The notes beneath the pieces were generated by a model. That model ran no database searches. It had not been told where the DNA came from and worked only from the letters and a program-made list of their open reading frames with translations. Below are positions 1 to 7,001 of a stretch of DNA of 24,000 bases, one piece after another. This DNA is from Pseudomonas moraviensis (lineage in GTDB: Bacteria > Pseudomonadota > Gammaproteobacteria > Pseudomonadales > Pseudomonadaceae). Numbering within the stretch: position 1 is the stretch's first letter; the number at the start of each line of letters is the position of its first letter. The stretch spans positions 6,001,521 through 6,025,520 of the forward strand of contig NZ_LT629788.1 of the NCBI RefSeq assembly GCF_900105805.1, in the 5' to 3' direction. The position numbers and the translations under genes were made by a program.

Positions 1-760
1 ATTCTTCAACCTTGGCCGGGGCCAGTTGATCTTCGGCCAGATGGCCCTTGAGCACGTCGAGCATGCTGGTGCTGAAGGTCGCCAGCGGTGCGCCTTTGGC
101 AGCGACGCCGTCGGACTTGACCAGACTTTGCACGGTGCCGTCGCGCGGCATGGTGATGTTCATCCCCGGCACGCTGACCAGACCGGCCTGCGCATGGCTG
201 ACGAAGTACATGCCGTACACCGACTTGAAGATGAAACCGGCAGCGACCAGGCCGACAGCGAAAATACCGGCGCTGAAGGTCACGGCTTTCAGGCGGCCGA
301 ACGGGGTCATGCCGGTATCGTCGGTCTTGTTCTTGCGCGCCTTGGTGAAGTTGTCGCGCTGCAGGGTCGCCAGCACTTCGCCGATGCTGACGATGTCGCC
401 GGCCAGGTGCGAAGTGATCAGGTGGCGCAGGGTGGAAATGTCCTGCGGCTCGAGGTTCTGGAACTGGCAGCCGGCACGGCCGGTAGCGCGATCAAAGGAG
501 CGCACCTGCAGTTCAACGTCCATGGCCAGGCCGAGGTTGTCGATGACGAATTGCAGACGCGCCTTGTACACCTCGCCGATGGTCAGCGGCATCTGCCCGG
601 CGTTGAACGCCAGACCGCCAGCGGACAGATCGAGGACCCGCGCTTCGAGCGGAGTCCGGTCAGGGCCGAAGAAACGCAGCTTGGCCGGGATTTTCACGCG
701 AGCGTGCTGGCGCTGGGCTTCGGATTCATGCACTACGTTGACGTTGACGGCGGTATTCAT
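1..760 (-). CDS. alg44: Alg44, PilZ-domain c-di-GMP-binding alginate polymerase co-subunit. Only the N-terminal part is present; the gene runs off the left edge.
   Basis: Reverse translation from the ATG (complement of 758-760) reads MNTAVNVNVVHESEAQRQHARVKIPAKLRFFGPDRTPLEARVLDLSAGGLAF... This carries the PilZ motifs RxxxR (RQHAR) and DxSxxG (DLSAGG). An AAGGAA Shine-Dalgarno lies about 7 nt upstream. The gene sits directly downstream of alg8, as in the algD-alg8-alg44 operon. It is absent from the ORF track because no stop codon falls inside the window. Confidence 0.9.
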   Translation of the reverse strand, partial: MNTAVNVNVVHESEAQRQHARVKIPAKLRFFGPDRTPLEARVLDLSAGGLAFNAGQMPLTIGEVYKARLQFVIDNLGLAMDVELQVRSFDRATGRAGCQFQNLEPQDISTLRHLITSHLAGDIVSIGEVLATLQRDNFTKARKNKTDDTGMTPFGRLKAVTFSAGIFAVGLVAAGFIFKSVYGMYFVSHAQAGLVSVPGMNITMPRDGTVQSLVKSDGVAAKGAPLATFSTSMLDVLKGHLAEDQLAPAKVEE

Positions 761-795
761 AGGGGCGATTTCCTTGTTAATTCAATAGGAGCGGG

Positions 796-2277
796 TCAGA
801 CCATCATCAGCAGCACGGCGACAAAAATGCTGCCGGCGGAGAAGGTCATGGTCCGAGACGACCAGGTGTTGAACCAACGTTGAAAGCTGGCGAGATCACG
901 GGTCAGGGATGTGGGCTGGCGAGTCCAGGATTGTTGGTCGAGGCGGAAGAACACGTAGATCTTCACCATGGCGCCAACGATCTGGTTGTAATACAGAATC
1001 GCCGGGTAAGCAGGGCCGATACGGTGGCCGGAACACGACAGCAACAGCGTCAGGATCAGGCGGGTGATGCCGATCCACAGCAGGTATACGAGGATGAACG
1101 CGGTGCCGTATTTGAAGCTGGCGATCAGTGCCACGGTCAGACCGAGCAGCGAGGTCCACATCGACACGCGCTGGTCGAACAGCACCACCGAGGTGAACAC
1201 GCCGAGGCGACGGATACCCAGGCCCAGTGCGCGCGAGTTCTGGCGCAGGTTGTTGCCGTACCAGCGGAACATCAGCTTGCGGCTGGCCTTGATGAAGCTC
1301 TTTTCCGGCGGGTGCTCAACGGTGTTGATCGCGGCGTCCGGCACGTAGAAGGTGTCGTAACCCAGGCGCATCAGGCTGAACCAGCTCGACTTGTCGTCAC
1401 CGGTCAGGAACTTGAAACGCCCCAGACGCCAGTGTTGCAGCGAGTCGCTTTCAACGTCGGCGATGAATTCCGGATTGGTCACCACAGAGGCTTTGAACAC
1501 CGACATCCGACCGGTCATGGTCAGTACGCGCTTGGACAGGGCCATCGAGCACATGTTGATGTGGCGCTGGGCGAAACGCAGCTTGTGCCATTCGCTCATG
1601 ATGTAGCCGCCGCGCACTTCGCAAAACTCGTTGGTGGTCAGGCCGCCGACATTGCCGAACAGCTGGAACCACGGCACGGTCTTGCGCACGACGCCTTCGC
1701 CGAGCACGGTGTCGCCGTCGATCACGGCCACCACGGCACGGTCGTCCGGCAGGTGACGGGAGATCGCGCGGAAACCGAACGCCAGACCATCGCGCTTGCC
1801 GGTACCGGGAATGCGTACGAAGTCGAGCTTGACTCGCTCCGGCGGATTCATCCGCGCCCACAGCGCCTTGACCAGCAACTCGTCGGACATTTCCACGATC
1901 GAGCAGACAATGGTGGTCGGCAGTTCGCAGTCGATGGCTTCGCGGATCACCGAGCTGTAGACCTGCGCGGTTGTCAGCGCGTCAATACGGAAGCTGGTGA
2001 CCATCAGAAACACATGCGACGGGTCGGCCGCTTTACCCAGCTTGCGTACTTTGCGACGCAGGTGCGGGTAAACGATGTAGAGAAAAATCATGCCGCGCAC
2101 AAAGTGCGTTGCACCCATCGAGTAGCGCCAGATACCCACGGCGCCAATCAGGAAAATGAAGTCCTTCGACTCGGAGTCGAATGTGGACGTGGGCAGCATC
2201 AAGGCCAGGCCCATCAGCAGACTGAGATAAAAAAGCCAGCCGGCTGATTGCAGAAAAAAATGTTTGAGCTTGGTCAT
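796..2277 (-). CDS. alg8: Alg8, alginate polymerase catalytic glycosyltransferase (GT2 family, multi-pass membrane protein).
   Basis: The track ORF is 796..2328 (510 aa). The sequence from [29 protein letters not shown] onward is Alg8-like, has GT2 features and lies between algD and alg44. I placed the start at the third in-frame ATG (493 aa), which matches the usual Alg8 length. ATG 2286 or the ORF start at 2328 cannot be excluded, and no strong SD precedes any of them. Confidence 0.9.
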   Translation of the reverse strand: MTKLKHFFLQSAGWLFYLSLLMGLALMLPTSTFDSESKDFIFLIGAVGIWRYSMGATHFVRGMIFLYIVYPHLRRKVRKLGKAADPSHVFLMVTSFRIDALTTAQVYSSVIREAIDCELPTTIVCSIVEMSDELLVKALWARMNPPERVKLDFVRIPGTGKRDGLAFGFRAISRHLPDDRAVVAVIDGDTVLGEGVVRKTVPWFQLFGNVGGLTTNEFCEVRGGYIMSEWHKLRFAQRHINMCSMALSKRVLTMTGRMSVFKASVVTNPEFIADVESDSLQHWRLGRFKFLTGDDKSSWFSLMRLGYDTFYVPDAAINTVEHPPEKSFIKASRKLMFRWYGNNLRQNSRALGLGIRRLGVFTSVVLFDQRVSMWTSLLGLTVALIASFKYGTAFILVYLLWIGITRLILTLLLSCSGHRIGPAYPAILYYNQIVGAMVKIYVFFRLDQQSWTRQPTSLTRDLASFQRWFNTWSSRTMTFSAGSIFVAVLLMMV

Positions 2278-2300
2278 AACCGTCATCCGAAGGTGAGAAG

Positions 2301-2368
2301 GCTTCAAGCCGCAAGCTTCGAGCTGCAAGCGAAACGCTTTGGCTTGCAGCTCGAGGCTTGTCGCTTAG
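2301..2368. repeat. Imperfect inverted repeat (REPIN-like hairpin) in the algD-alg8 intercistronic gap.
   Basis: The core arm GCTTCGAGCTGCAAGC (2315-2330) pairs with GCTTGCAGCTCGAGGC (2342-2357) around an 11-nt loop, with one mismatch. The flanking CTTCAAGCCGCAAG / CTTGTCGCTTAG extend the arms imperfectly. Confidence 0.7.
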
Positions 2369-2375
2369 GGCTGCT

Positions 2376-3692
2376 TTACCAGCAGATGCCTTCGGTGCGG
2401 CTACCGGCGCTGGTGGCTTTGGACATGAAGCCCACCAGGTCGATGACTTGCTTGCCTTGCGGCGCTTCGTGGGCCAGCGAACGGAATTTCTCGTCGCGGT
2501 TACCGAGGATGATCACGTCGGAGTTGTTGATCACCGAGTCGAAGTCCGAGTTGAGCAGGGACGACACGTGCGGAATCTTCGATTCGATGTAGTCCTTGTT
2601 CGCACCGTGGACGCGGGCGTACTCGACGTTGCTGTCGTAGATGCTCAGGTCGTAGCCCTTGCCGATCAGCATTTCCGCCAGTTCGACCAGCGGGCTTTCG
2701 CGCAGGTCGTCGGTGCCGGCCTTGAAGCTCAGACCGAGCAGGGCGACTTTGCGTTTGTCATGGCTTTCAACGATGTCGAAAGCGTTCTGCACTTGCGATT
2801 CGTTGCTGCGCATCAGCGAGTTGAGCAGCGGTGCTTCGACGTCCAGGGAGCCGGCGCGGTAGGTCAGCGCACGTACGTCCTTGGGCAGGCACGAACCGCC
2901 GAAAGCGAAGCCCGGGCGCATGTAGTACTGGGACAGGTTCAGTGTCTTGTCCTGGCAGACCACGTCCATCACTTCACGGCCATCGACGCCGACCGCTTTG
3001 GCGATGTTGCCGATCTCGTTGGCGAAGGTCACTTTGGTGGCGTGCCAGACGTTGCAGGTGTACTTGATCATCTCGGCAACGGCGATGTCCTTGCGGATGA
3101 TCGGTGCGTCGAGTTCTTCGTACAGCGATTGCAGAACGTCGCCCGACGCGGTATCGAACTCGCCGATGACGGTCATCGGTGGGTGATCGTAGTCGGCGAT
3201 GGCGGTGGATTCACGCAGGAATTCCGGGTTGACCGCTACGCCGAAATCGACGCCAGCCTTCTTGCCCGAGCAGTCTTCCAGAATCGGGATTACCACGTTG
3301 GCCACGGTGCCTGGCAGCACGGTGCTGCGTACGACGATGGTGTGACGGGTGGTTTTTTCACGCAGGACAAAACCGATCTCGCGGCACACGGCCTCGATGT
3401 AGTTCAGTTCCAGGTCGCCGTTCTTTTTGCTTGGCGTGCCGACGCAGATCATCGACAGGTCAGTATCACGAATCGCCTCGGCGAAGTTGGTCGTACCGCG
3501 CAGACGAGCGGTCTGGACGCCCTGTTGCAGAAGTTCGCCCAGGCCCGGTTCAACGATTGGCGATTTGCCGGCGTTAATCATGTCGATCTTGTCTTTGGCA
3601 ACGTCGACGCCAACTACGTCATGGCCCCGTGCAGACAGGCAACCGGCACATACTGCGCCAACGTAACCCAAACCAAATATGCTGATGCGCAT
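2376..3692 (-). CDS. algD: GDP-mannose 6-dehydrogenase AlgD, the first gene of the alginate operon.
   Basis: The 438-aa ORF begins MRISIFGLGYVGAVCAGCLSARGHDVVGVD (Rossmann GxGxxG). It shows UDP-glucose/GDP-mannose dehydrogenase family sequence throughout. A GAGG Shine-Dalgarno lies 8 nt upstream, and alg8-alg44 follow. Confidence 0.97.
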   Translation of the reverse strand: MRISIFGLGYVGAVCAGCLSARGHDVVGVDVAKDKIDMINAGKSPIVEPGLGELLQQGVQTARLRGTTNFAEAIRDTDLSMICVGTPSKKNGDLELNYIEAVCREIGFVLREKTTRHTIVVRSTVLPGTVANVVIPILEDCSGKKAGVDFGVAVNPEFLRESTAIADYDHPPMTVIGEFDTASGDVLQSLYEELDAPIIRKDIAVAEMIKYTCNVWHATKVTFANEIGNIAKAVGVDGREVMDVVCQDKTLNLSQYYMRPGFAFGGSCLPKDVRALTYRAGSLDVEAPLLNSLMRSNESQVQNAFDIVESHDKRKVALLGLSFKAGTDDLRESPLVELAEMLIGKGYDLSIYDSNVEYARVHGANKDYIESKIPHVSSLLNSDFDSVINNSDVIILGNRDEKFRSLAHEAPQGKQVIDLVGFMSKATSAGSRTEGICW

Positions 3693-4163
3693 CGCAATTA
3701 CCTCTGTATATATCTGGCCTTAGATGGCCGGAGTTAATGGTGTTCAGCGGTCACTAGTGCACTCGAAAGTGCGGCTTACAGGCGCCACAATGCCGTGTGC
3801 AGGCATACAAAGTTCCGAGTGTCTAATAAATGCACTCAAGAAGTGCGCAACTAGGCCTTGTTGTTATGACTTGCCCTGTTATGCAGCCGATCTTCCGTGC
3901 GGGAAGACTCTTGTGCAGTTATGTAGCCTGCTCGACGTCGGGTAGGGGGCCCGTAAATCAAGCAGTTAGGTGCTCAGGCGAGCACGTTTATAGGGGCGCG
4001 GCCTTGGCCTTAGTAGGGGATATTAATGGTGCGTATCTCCTGTCCTTCGATTGTTTTGAGACTCGTTAGTCACTCAGGCAAGTTGGTGTGACAACTTGGT
4101 TACATGGCTATCAGCTCTGCGTAAGTTATCTCGTACAAACTCGGCGAGAATCGTTACCGGTGG

Positions 4164-4191
4164 TATGAGCAACGCATTTGGACATAGTTCC
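4164..4191 (-). promoter_or_regulatory. Candidate AlgU (sigma-22/RpoE-type) promoter for algD.
   Basis: The minus strand reads GGAACTA-TGTCCAAATGCGTTGC-TCATA. That is GAACTA, a 16-nt spacer, then TCATA, against the AlgU consensus GAACTT-N16/17-TCnnA. It would give a leader of about 465 nt to the algD ATG. A long leader is known for P. aeruginosa algD. Confidence 0.4.
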
Positions 4192-4314
4192 AGCCCGCTC
4201 ATCGTGCCACCCGAAATTTTTTGAAATATTGACCAAGATGGCACTGAGAGCAAATTGATAGCACTAGCGACTTGGGCCTTTATTGATCGAGGTGAAAACG
4301 GGGTCGATAGTTTT

Positions 4315-4349
4315 GTGCCACTACGGGTAAAAAATTTAGGTGCCACTAC
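4315..4349. repeat. Direct repeat GTGCCACTAC x2, each copy followed by an A-tract, in the algD far-upstream region.
   Basis: GTGCCACTAC occurs at 4315-4324 and 4340-4349 (25 bp start to start). The copies are followed by GGGTAAAAAA and TGAAAAAAAA. A third GTGCCAC lies near 4204-4210 and is followed by CCGAAATTTTTT. Confidence 0.6.
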
Positions 4350-4461
4350 TGAAAAAAAACTTGAGTGTCGAGTGAAACTAAAATTAGAAAACAGGTCGTG
4401 GTTTTATTGGCGCCATGAAATTGGCGATATGCTGCGGGGGGATTTTGACTTCGGGCGGACT

Positions 4462-4489
4462 GCACGACTCCCAGAGAAAAGAGTCGTGC
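4462..4489 (-). terminator. Hairpin just downstream of the yaaA stop codon; a possible terminator that lacks a clear U-tract.
   Basis: GCACGACTC (4462-4470) and GAGTCGTGC (4481-4489) form a perfect 9-bp stem with a 10-nt loop, 13 nt past the yaaA stop. No T-run follows on the minus strand. Confidence 0.35.
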
Positions 4490-4501
4490 AAAGGGCATGC
4501 T

Positions 4502-5281
4502 TTATTCCGGGGCGTGGTCGCGTAAAAACACCAGATTGTCGGGTTTCGATTGCTCGGCGCTGTAGCGATAACCCTGCACATTGAACTGCTTGAGCTGAGC
4601 CGGGTCGTTGATGCGTTCCTGAATCACAAAACGGCTCATCAGGCCGCGCGCTTTCTTCGCGTAGAAACTGATGATTTTGTACTGGCCGTTCTTCTGGTCC
4701 TTGAACTCGGTGTTGATGATCCGCGCCTTCAGAGCGTTGCGCTTGACCGCGGAAAAGTACTCGTTTGATGCAAGGTTGAGCAGCACGTCATCGCCTTGCT
4801 CGGCCAGCGCCTCATTCAGCCATTCGCTGATGCGCGTGCCCCAGAACGCATACAGATCCTTGCCACGGGCGTTGGCCAGTTTGGTGCCCATTTCCAGACG
4901 ATACGGTTGCATCAGGTCCAGCGGGCGCAGCAGGCCATAGAGGCCGGAGAGCATGCGCAAGTGCTTTTGCGCGTAATCGAATTGCGCCTCGCTGAAGGAC
5001 TGAGCGTCAAGGCCGGTATACACGTCACCCTTGAATGCGAGCAGGGCCTGCTTGGCGTTCTCTGGGGTAAAGGCTGGCGTCCAGCTGCCGAATCGCGCGG
5101 CATTGAGGCCACCGATCTTGTCGGACACGTGCATCAATTCGCTGATCTGCGCCGGGCTCAGCTCGCGCAGCTGCTGGATCAACTCCTGGGAATGGTCGAG
5201 GTATTGCGGCTGGGTGAAGCGCTGGGTCGCCGGCGGTGTTTCGTAGTCGAGGGTCTTGGCGGGGGAAATCACCATCAGCAT
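4502..5281 (-). CDS. yaaA: Peroxide stress protein YaaA (DUF328/UPF0246 family).
   Basis: [17 protein letters not shown]... is the typical YaaA N-terminus, and 259 aa is the expected size. An AAGGAG SD lies 7 nt upstream of ATG 5281. The track ORF 4502..5371 extends upstream without support. Confidence 0.9.
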   Translation of the reverse strand: MLMVISPAKTLDYETPPATQRFTQPQYLDHSQELIQQLRELSPAQISELMHVSDKIGGLNAARFGSWTPAFTPENAKQALLAFKGDVYTGLDAQSFSEAQFDYAQKHLRMLSGLYGLLRPLDLMQPYRLEMGTKLANARGKDLYAFWGTRISEWLNEALAEQGDDVLLNLASNEYFSAVKRNALKARIINTEFKDQKNGQYKIISFYAKKARGLMSRFVIQERINDPAQLKQFNVQGYRYSAEQSKPDNLVFLRDHAPE

Positions 5282-5376
5282 GAAGTCGTCTCCTTTAATC
5301 GTGGGGGCGATTCTAGGGGGTTGTCCTTGTTGACTCCAGCTATGAGCGTGATAGGTGATCGGTGGTGTCATGGAAC

Positions 5377-5474
5377 AAGATCGCAGCCTTCGGCAGCTCC
5401 TACAGATTGCGCTCGAGATGAAACCGCAATGAATTCAATGGGGACAGGTAGGAGCTGCCGAAGGCTGCGATCTT
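5377..5474. repeat. REPIN (family A), an inverted pair of REP units with a 43-nt loop.
   Basis: The left arm is AAGATCGCAGCCTTCGGCAGCTCCTACA (5377-5404). The right arm is GTAGGAGCTGCCGAAGGCTGCGATCTT (5448-5474). The same unit recurs at 10851-10922. Confidence 0.9.
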
Positions 5475-5538
5475 TTGATCTTTGTTTTGATCCACCCGCG
5501 ATATAGTGCCGCGCGGGTTTTGTTATGGAGGCATCCCT

Positions 5539-6663
5539 TTGCGCATTGTTCTTTTATTCACCGCGTGGCTGCTGAGCTACGCGGCCGTGGCGGCGCCTGG
5601 CGATGCGGCGACGCTGGATCGCACGACCTGGCCGGAGCAGTTGAGCAATCCGACCCTGTTCGACGTCGCGTCGCGGGCGGAAATCCTTATGTTCGCTCGC
5701 GGCCTGCTCGGCACCGAATCCATCGACGAGGCGGCACTCGCCCAGCGCCTGGGCCTGCGCACGGTCAATATCGATGCGATCAATCAGTTGCGCCAGCGTC
5801 TCTGGCAGCGCTTGCTGACCAATTACAATCACGCCCAGCAAAGCTGCGATCAGGACGCCTCGTTCTGCTTCCTTGTCGAAGACCTGCCGACCCTGCGCGA
5901 GCAGGCCGCCAAGTTCGTGGTCAGCGACGACAGTTATTACACCAAATGGGCCGAGCCGAGCCGGATCTTCCATTTGCAGTATCTGGACGAGCTGATGCGC
6001 AAGGCCGCGCTGTCGCCGCAAACCAGCAATGAATTCGATCGTTTCGGTGACTACGAGCGTAACGGCGAAGACATGCACGACCGGCTGTTTCTGCTGACTT
6101 TCGACAGCGCCGCCAACCTGCAACCGGACAACACCGACTGGCTGACCGAATATCTGCGTAAATCGAATCTGAGCGGAACATTTTTCGTCTTGGGCAAGGA
6201 TATCCAGGCGCGGCTCGCCGGCCGTTCGGTCAGCAGCCTGCAAGCGAGCTTCTCCCGGCAGTGCGTTGGCGTGCAGGGCTGGGAATTCCGCTCCCACAGC
6301 CATTGGCAGGACTGGCAGGATTCGGTACGGCGCAGCGCCGATCTGGTGAAGAACAAGCTGCCGGAAAACTTCGTGCCGCTGTTCCGTCCGCCGGATGGCC
6401 AGCGCCGCAGCGACGCGCAAGGTTTCTTCAATACCCAGGGCCTGCAAGTGGCGCTGTGGGACATCGATGCTCAAGACGGCGCGGGCAAGCTCAAGGGCCC
6501 GGCCAGCGCGCAGCGGGTGTTGACCCTGATGCTGTTGTGGCGTCACGGGGTGATCAATTTCAACATGAAACAGGACGCCGTGAAGACTTCGCTGCCGTGG
6601 CTGATCACCCAGACTGCGCAGAGCGGTATCGGTTGGGAAGACTGCCAGGACGCGTTTCGTTGA
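5539..6663 (+). CDS. Secreted polysaccharide deacetylase family protein (NodB homology domain in the C-terminal half).
   Basis: The track ORF is 5506..6663. I prefer the in-frame TTG at 5539, which is preceded by GGAGG at 7-nt spacing. This gives (M)RIVLLFTAWLLSYAAVAAP, a signal-peptide-like N-terminus. The NodB-like blocks are LLTFDSA, FRSHSH, LFRPPDG, LWDIDAQD and LLWRHG. Confidence 0.8.
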   Translation: MRIVLLFTAWLLSYAAVAAPGDAATLDRTTWPEQLSNPTLFDVASRAEILMFARGLLGTESIDEAALAQRLGLRTVNIDAINQLRQRLWQRLLTNYNHAQQSCDQDASFCFLVEDLPTLREQAAKFVVSDDSYYTKWAEPSRIFHLQYLDELMRKAALSPQTSNEFDRFGDYERNGEDMHDRLFLLTFDSAANLQPDNTDWLTEYLRKSNLSGTFFVLGKDIQARLAGRSVSSLQASFSRQCVGVQGWEFRSHSHWQDWQDSVRRSADLVKNKLPENFVPLFRPPDGQRRSDAQGFFNTQGLQVALWDIDAQDGAGKLKGPASAQRVLTLMLLWRHGVINFNMKQDAVKTSLPWLITQTAQSGIGWEDCQDAFR

Positions 6664-6674
6664 GAAACTAAACA

Positions 6675-6707
6675 AAGCCCGGAAACATTGGGCTTGGGGT
6701 GATTTTT
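6675..6707 (+). terminator. Weak candidate terminator after the deacetylase gene.
   Basis: AAGCCC (6675-6680) pairs with GGGCTT (6690-6695) around a 9-nt loop. A TTTTT run (6703-6707) follows 7 nt later. A second hairpin, GGCGGACT (6725-6732) / AGTCCGCC (6756-6763), followed by CCTTTT, lies just downstream. Confidence 0.3.
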
Positions 6708-7001
6708 GACGGGAATTCGATGCAGGCGGACTTCCGACTTTAGCGGTGTCTGGGGAGTCCGCCAAGGCCTTTTCGTCACTCTGCAAAATAAACTTAAAAA
6801 AACCGTCAAAGTACTTTTTTATGTCATCGGTTTTGGAGTATTACGAAGACAGACCGCCGAAACCTGCAACACAGGTGGCGTCTTCCCAGACTCCTATTGT
6901 GTGCAGTTCATCCAGGCCCTCGTGGATGAATTCGGCAGTCACCTCGAGGCGCAGCACTGTCACGGTATTGCGTCGAATGGCTCCCACATAGGTGACCGAG
7001 T

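Noticed and set aside
2278-2328. An upstream extension of alg8 ([17 protein letters not shown]...).
   Set aside because: The extra codons are read from the intercistronic hairpin repeat. An Alg8-like N-terminus and length begin at MTKLKHFF. The exact start remains uncertain.
880-3737. Very long plus-strand ORFs (455 aa at 880..2247 and 459 aa at 2358..3737) antisense to alg8 and algD. Similar cases lie opposite other genes: 5554..6786, 7296..8456, 13887..15488, 16632..17774, 17835..18962, 19907..20515 and 21973..23019.
   Set aside because: These are high-GC shadow ORFs. Each lies exactly antisense to a gene with clear family-level sequence identity. Their translations are Arg/Ala/Gly/His-rich low-information strings with no recognisable motifs.
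3788-3815. A perfect AlgU -35 hexamer GAACTT (minus strand, 3815-3810), about 120 nt upstream of the algD ATG.
   Set aside because: The sequence 16-17 nt downstream reads GCATT/CATTG and lacks the TCnnA -10 element. I mention it only as the alternative to the 4164-4191 candidate.
4201-4260. Sigma-54-like TGGCAC elements in the algD upstream region: the minus-strand TGGCACG near 4204-4210 and the plus-strand TGGCAC at about 4238.
   Set aside because: Neither has a GC dinucleotide at the required 10-nt spacing. The downstream sequences are ATGAGCGGG and TGAGAGCAAA.
3724-4584. Small ORFs in the algD upstream region (3724..3945, 3830..4069, 4074..4346 minus, 4255..4584, 4384..4581 minus).
   Set aside because: They lie in an AT-rich regulatory tract and lack SD sequences and recognisable motifs. 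They overlap each other, and one overlaps the yaaA 3' end.
5282-5371. A 30-codon upstream extension of yaaA ([16 protein letters not shown]...).
   Set aside because: ATG 5281 has a consensus AAGGAG SD at ideal spacing and gives the canonical [12 protein letters not shown]-terminus at the expected length.
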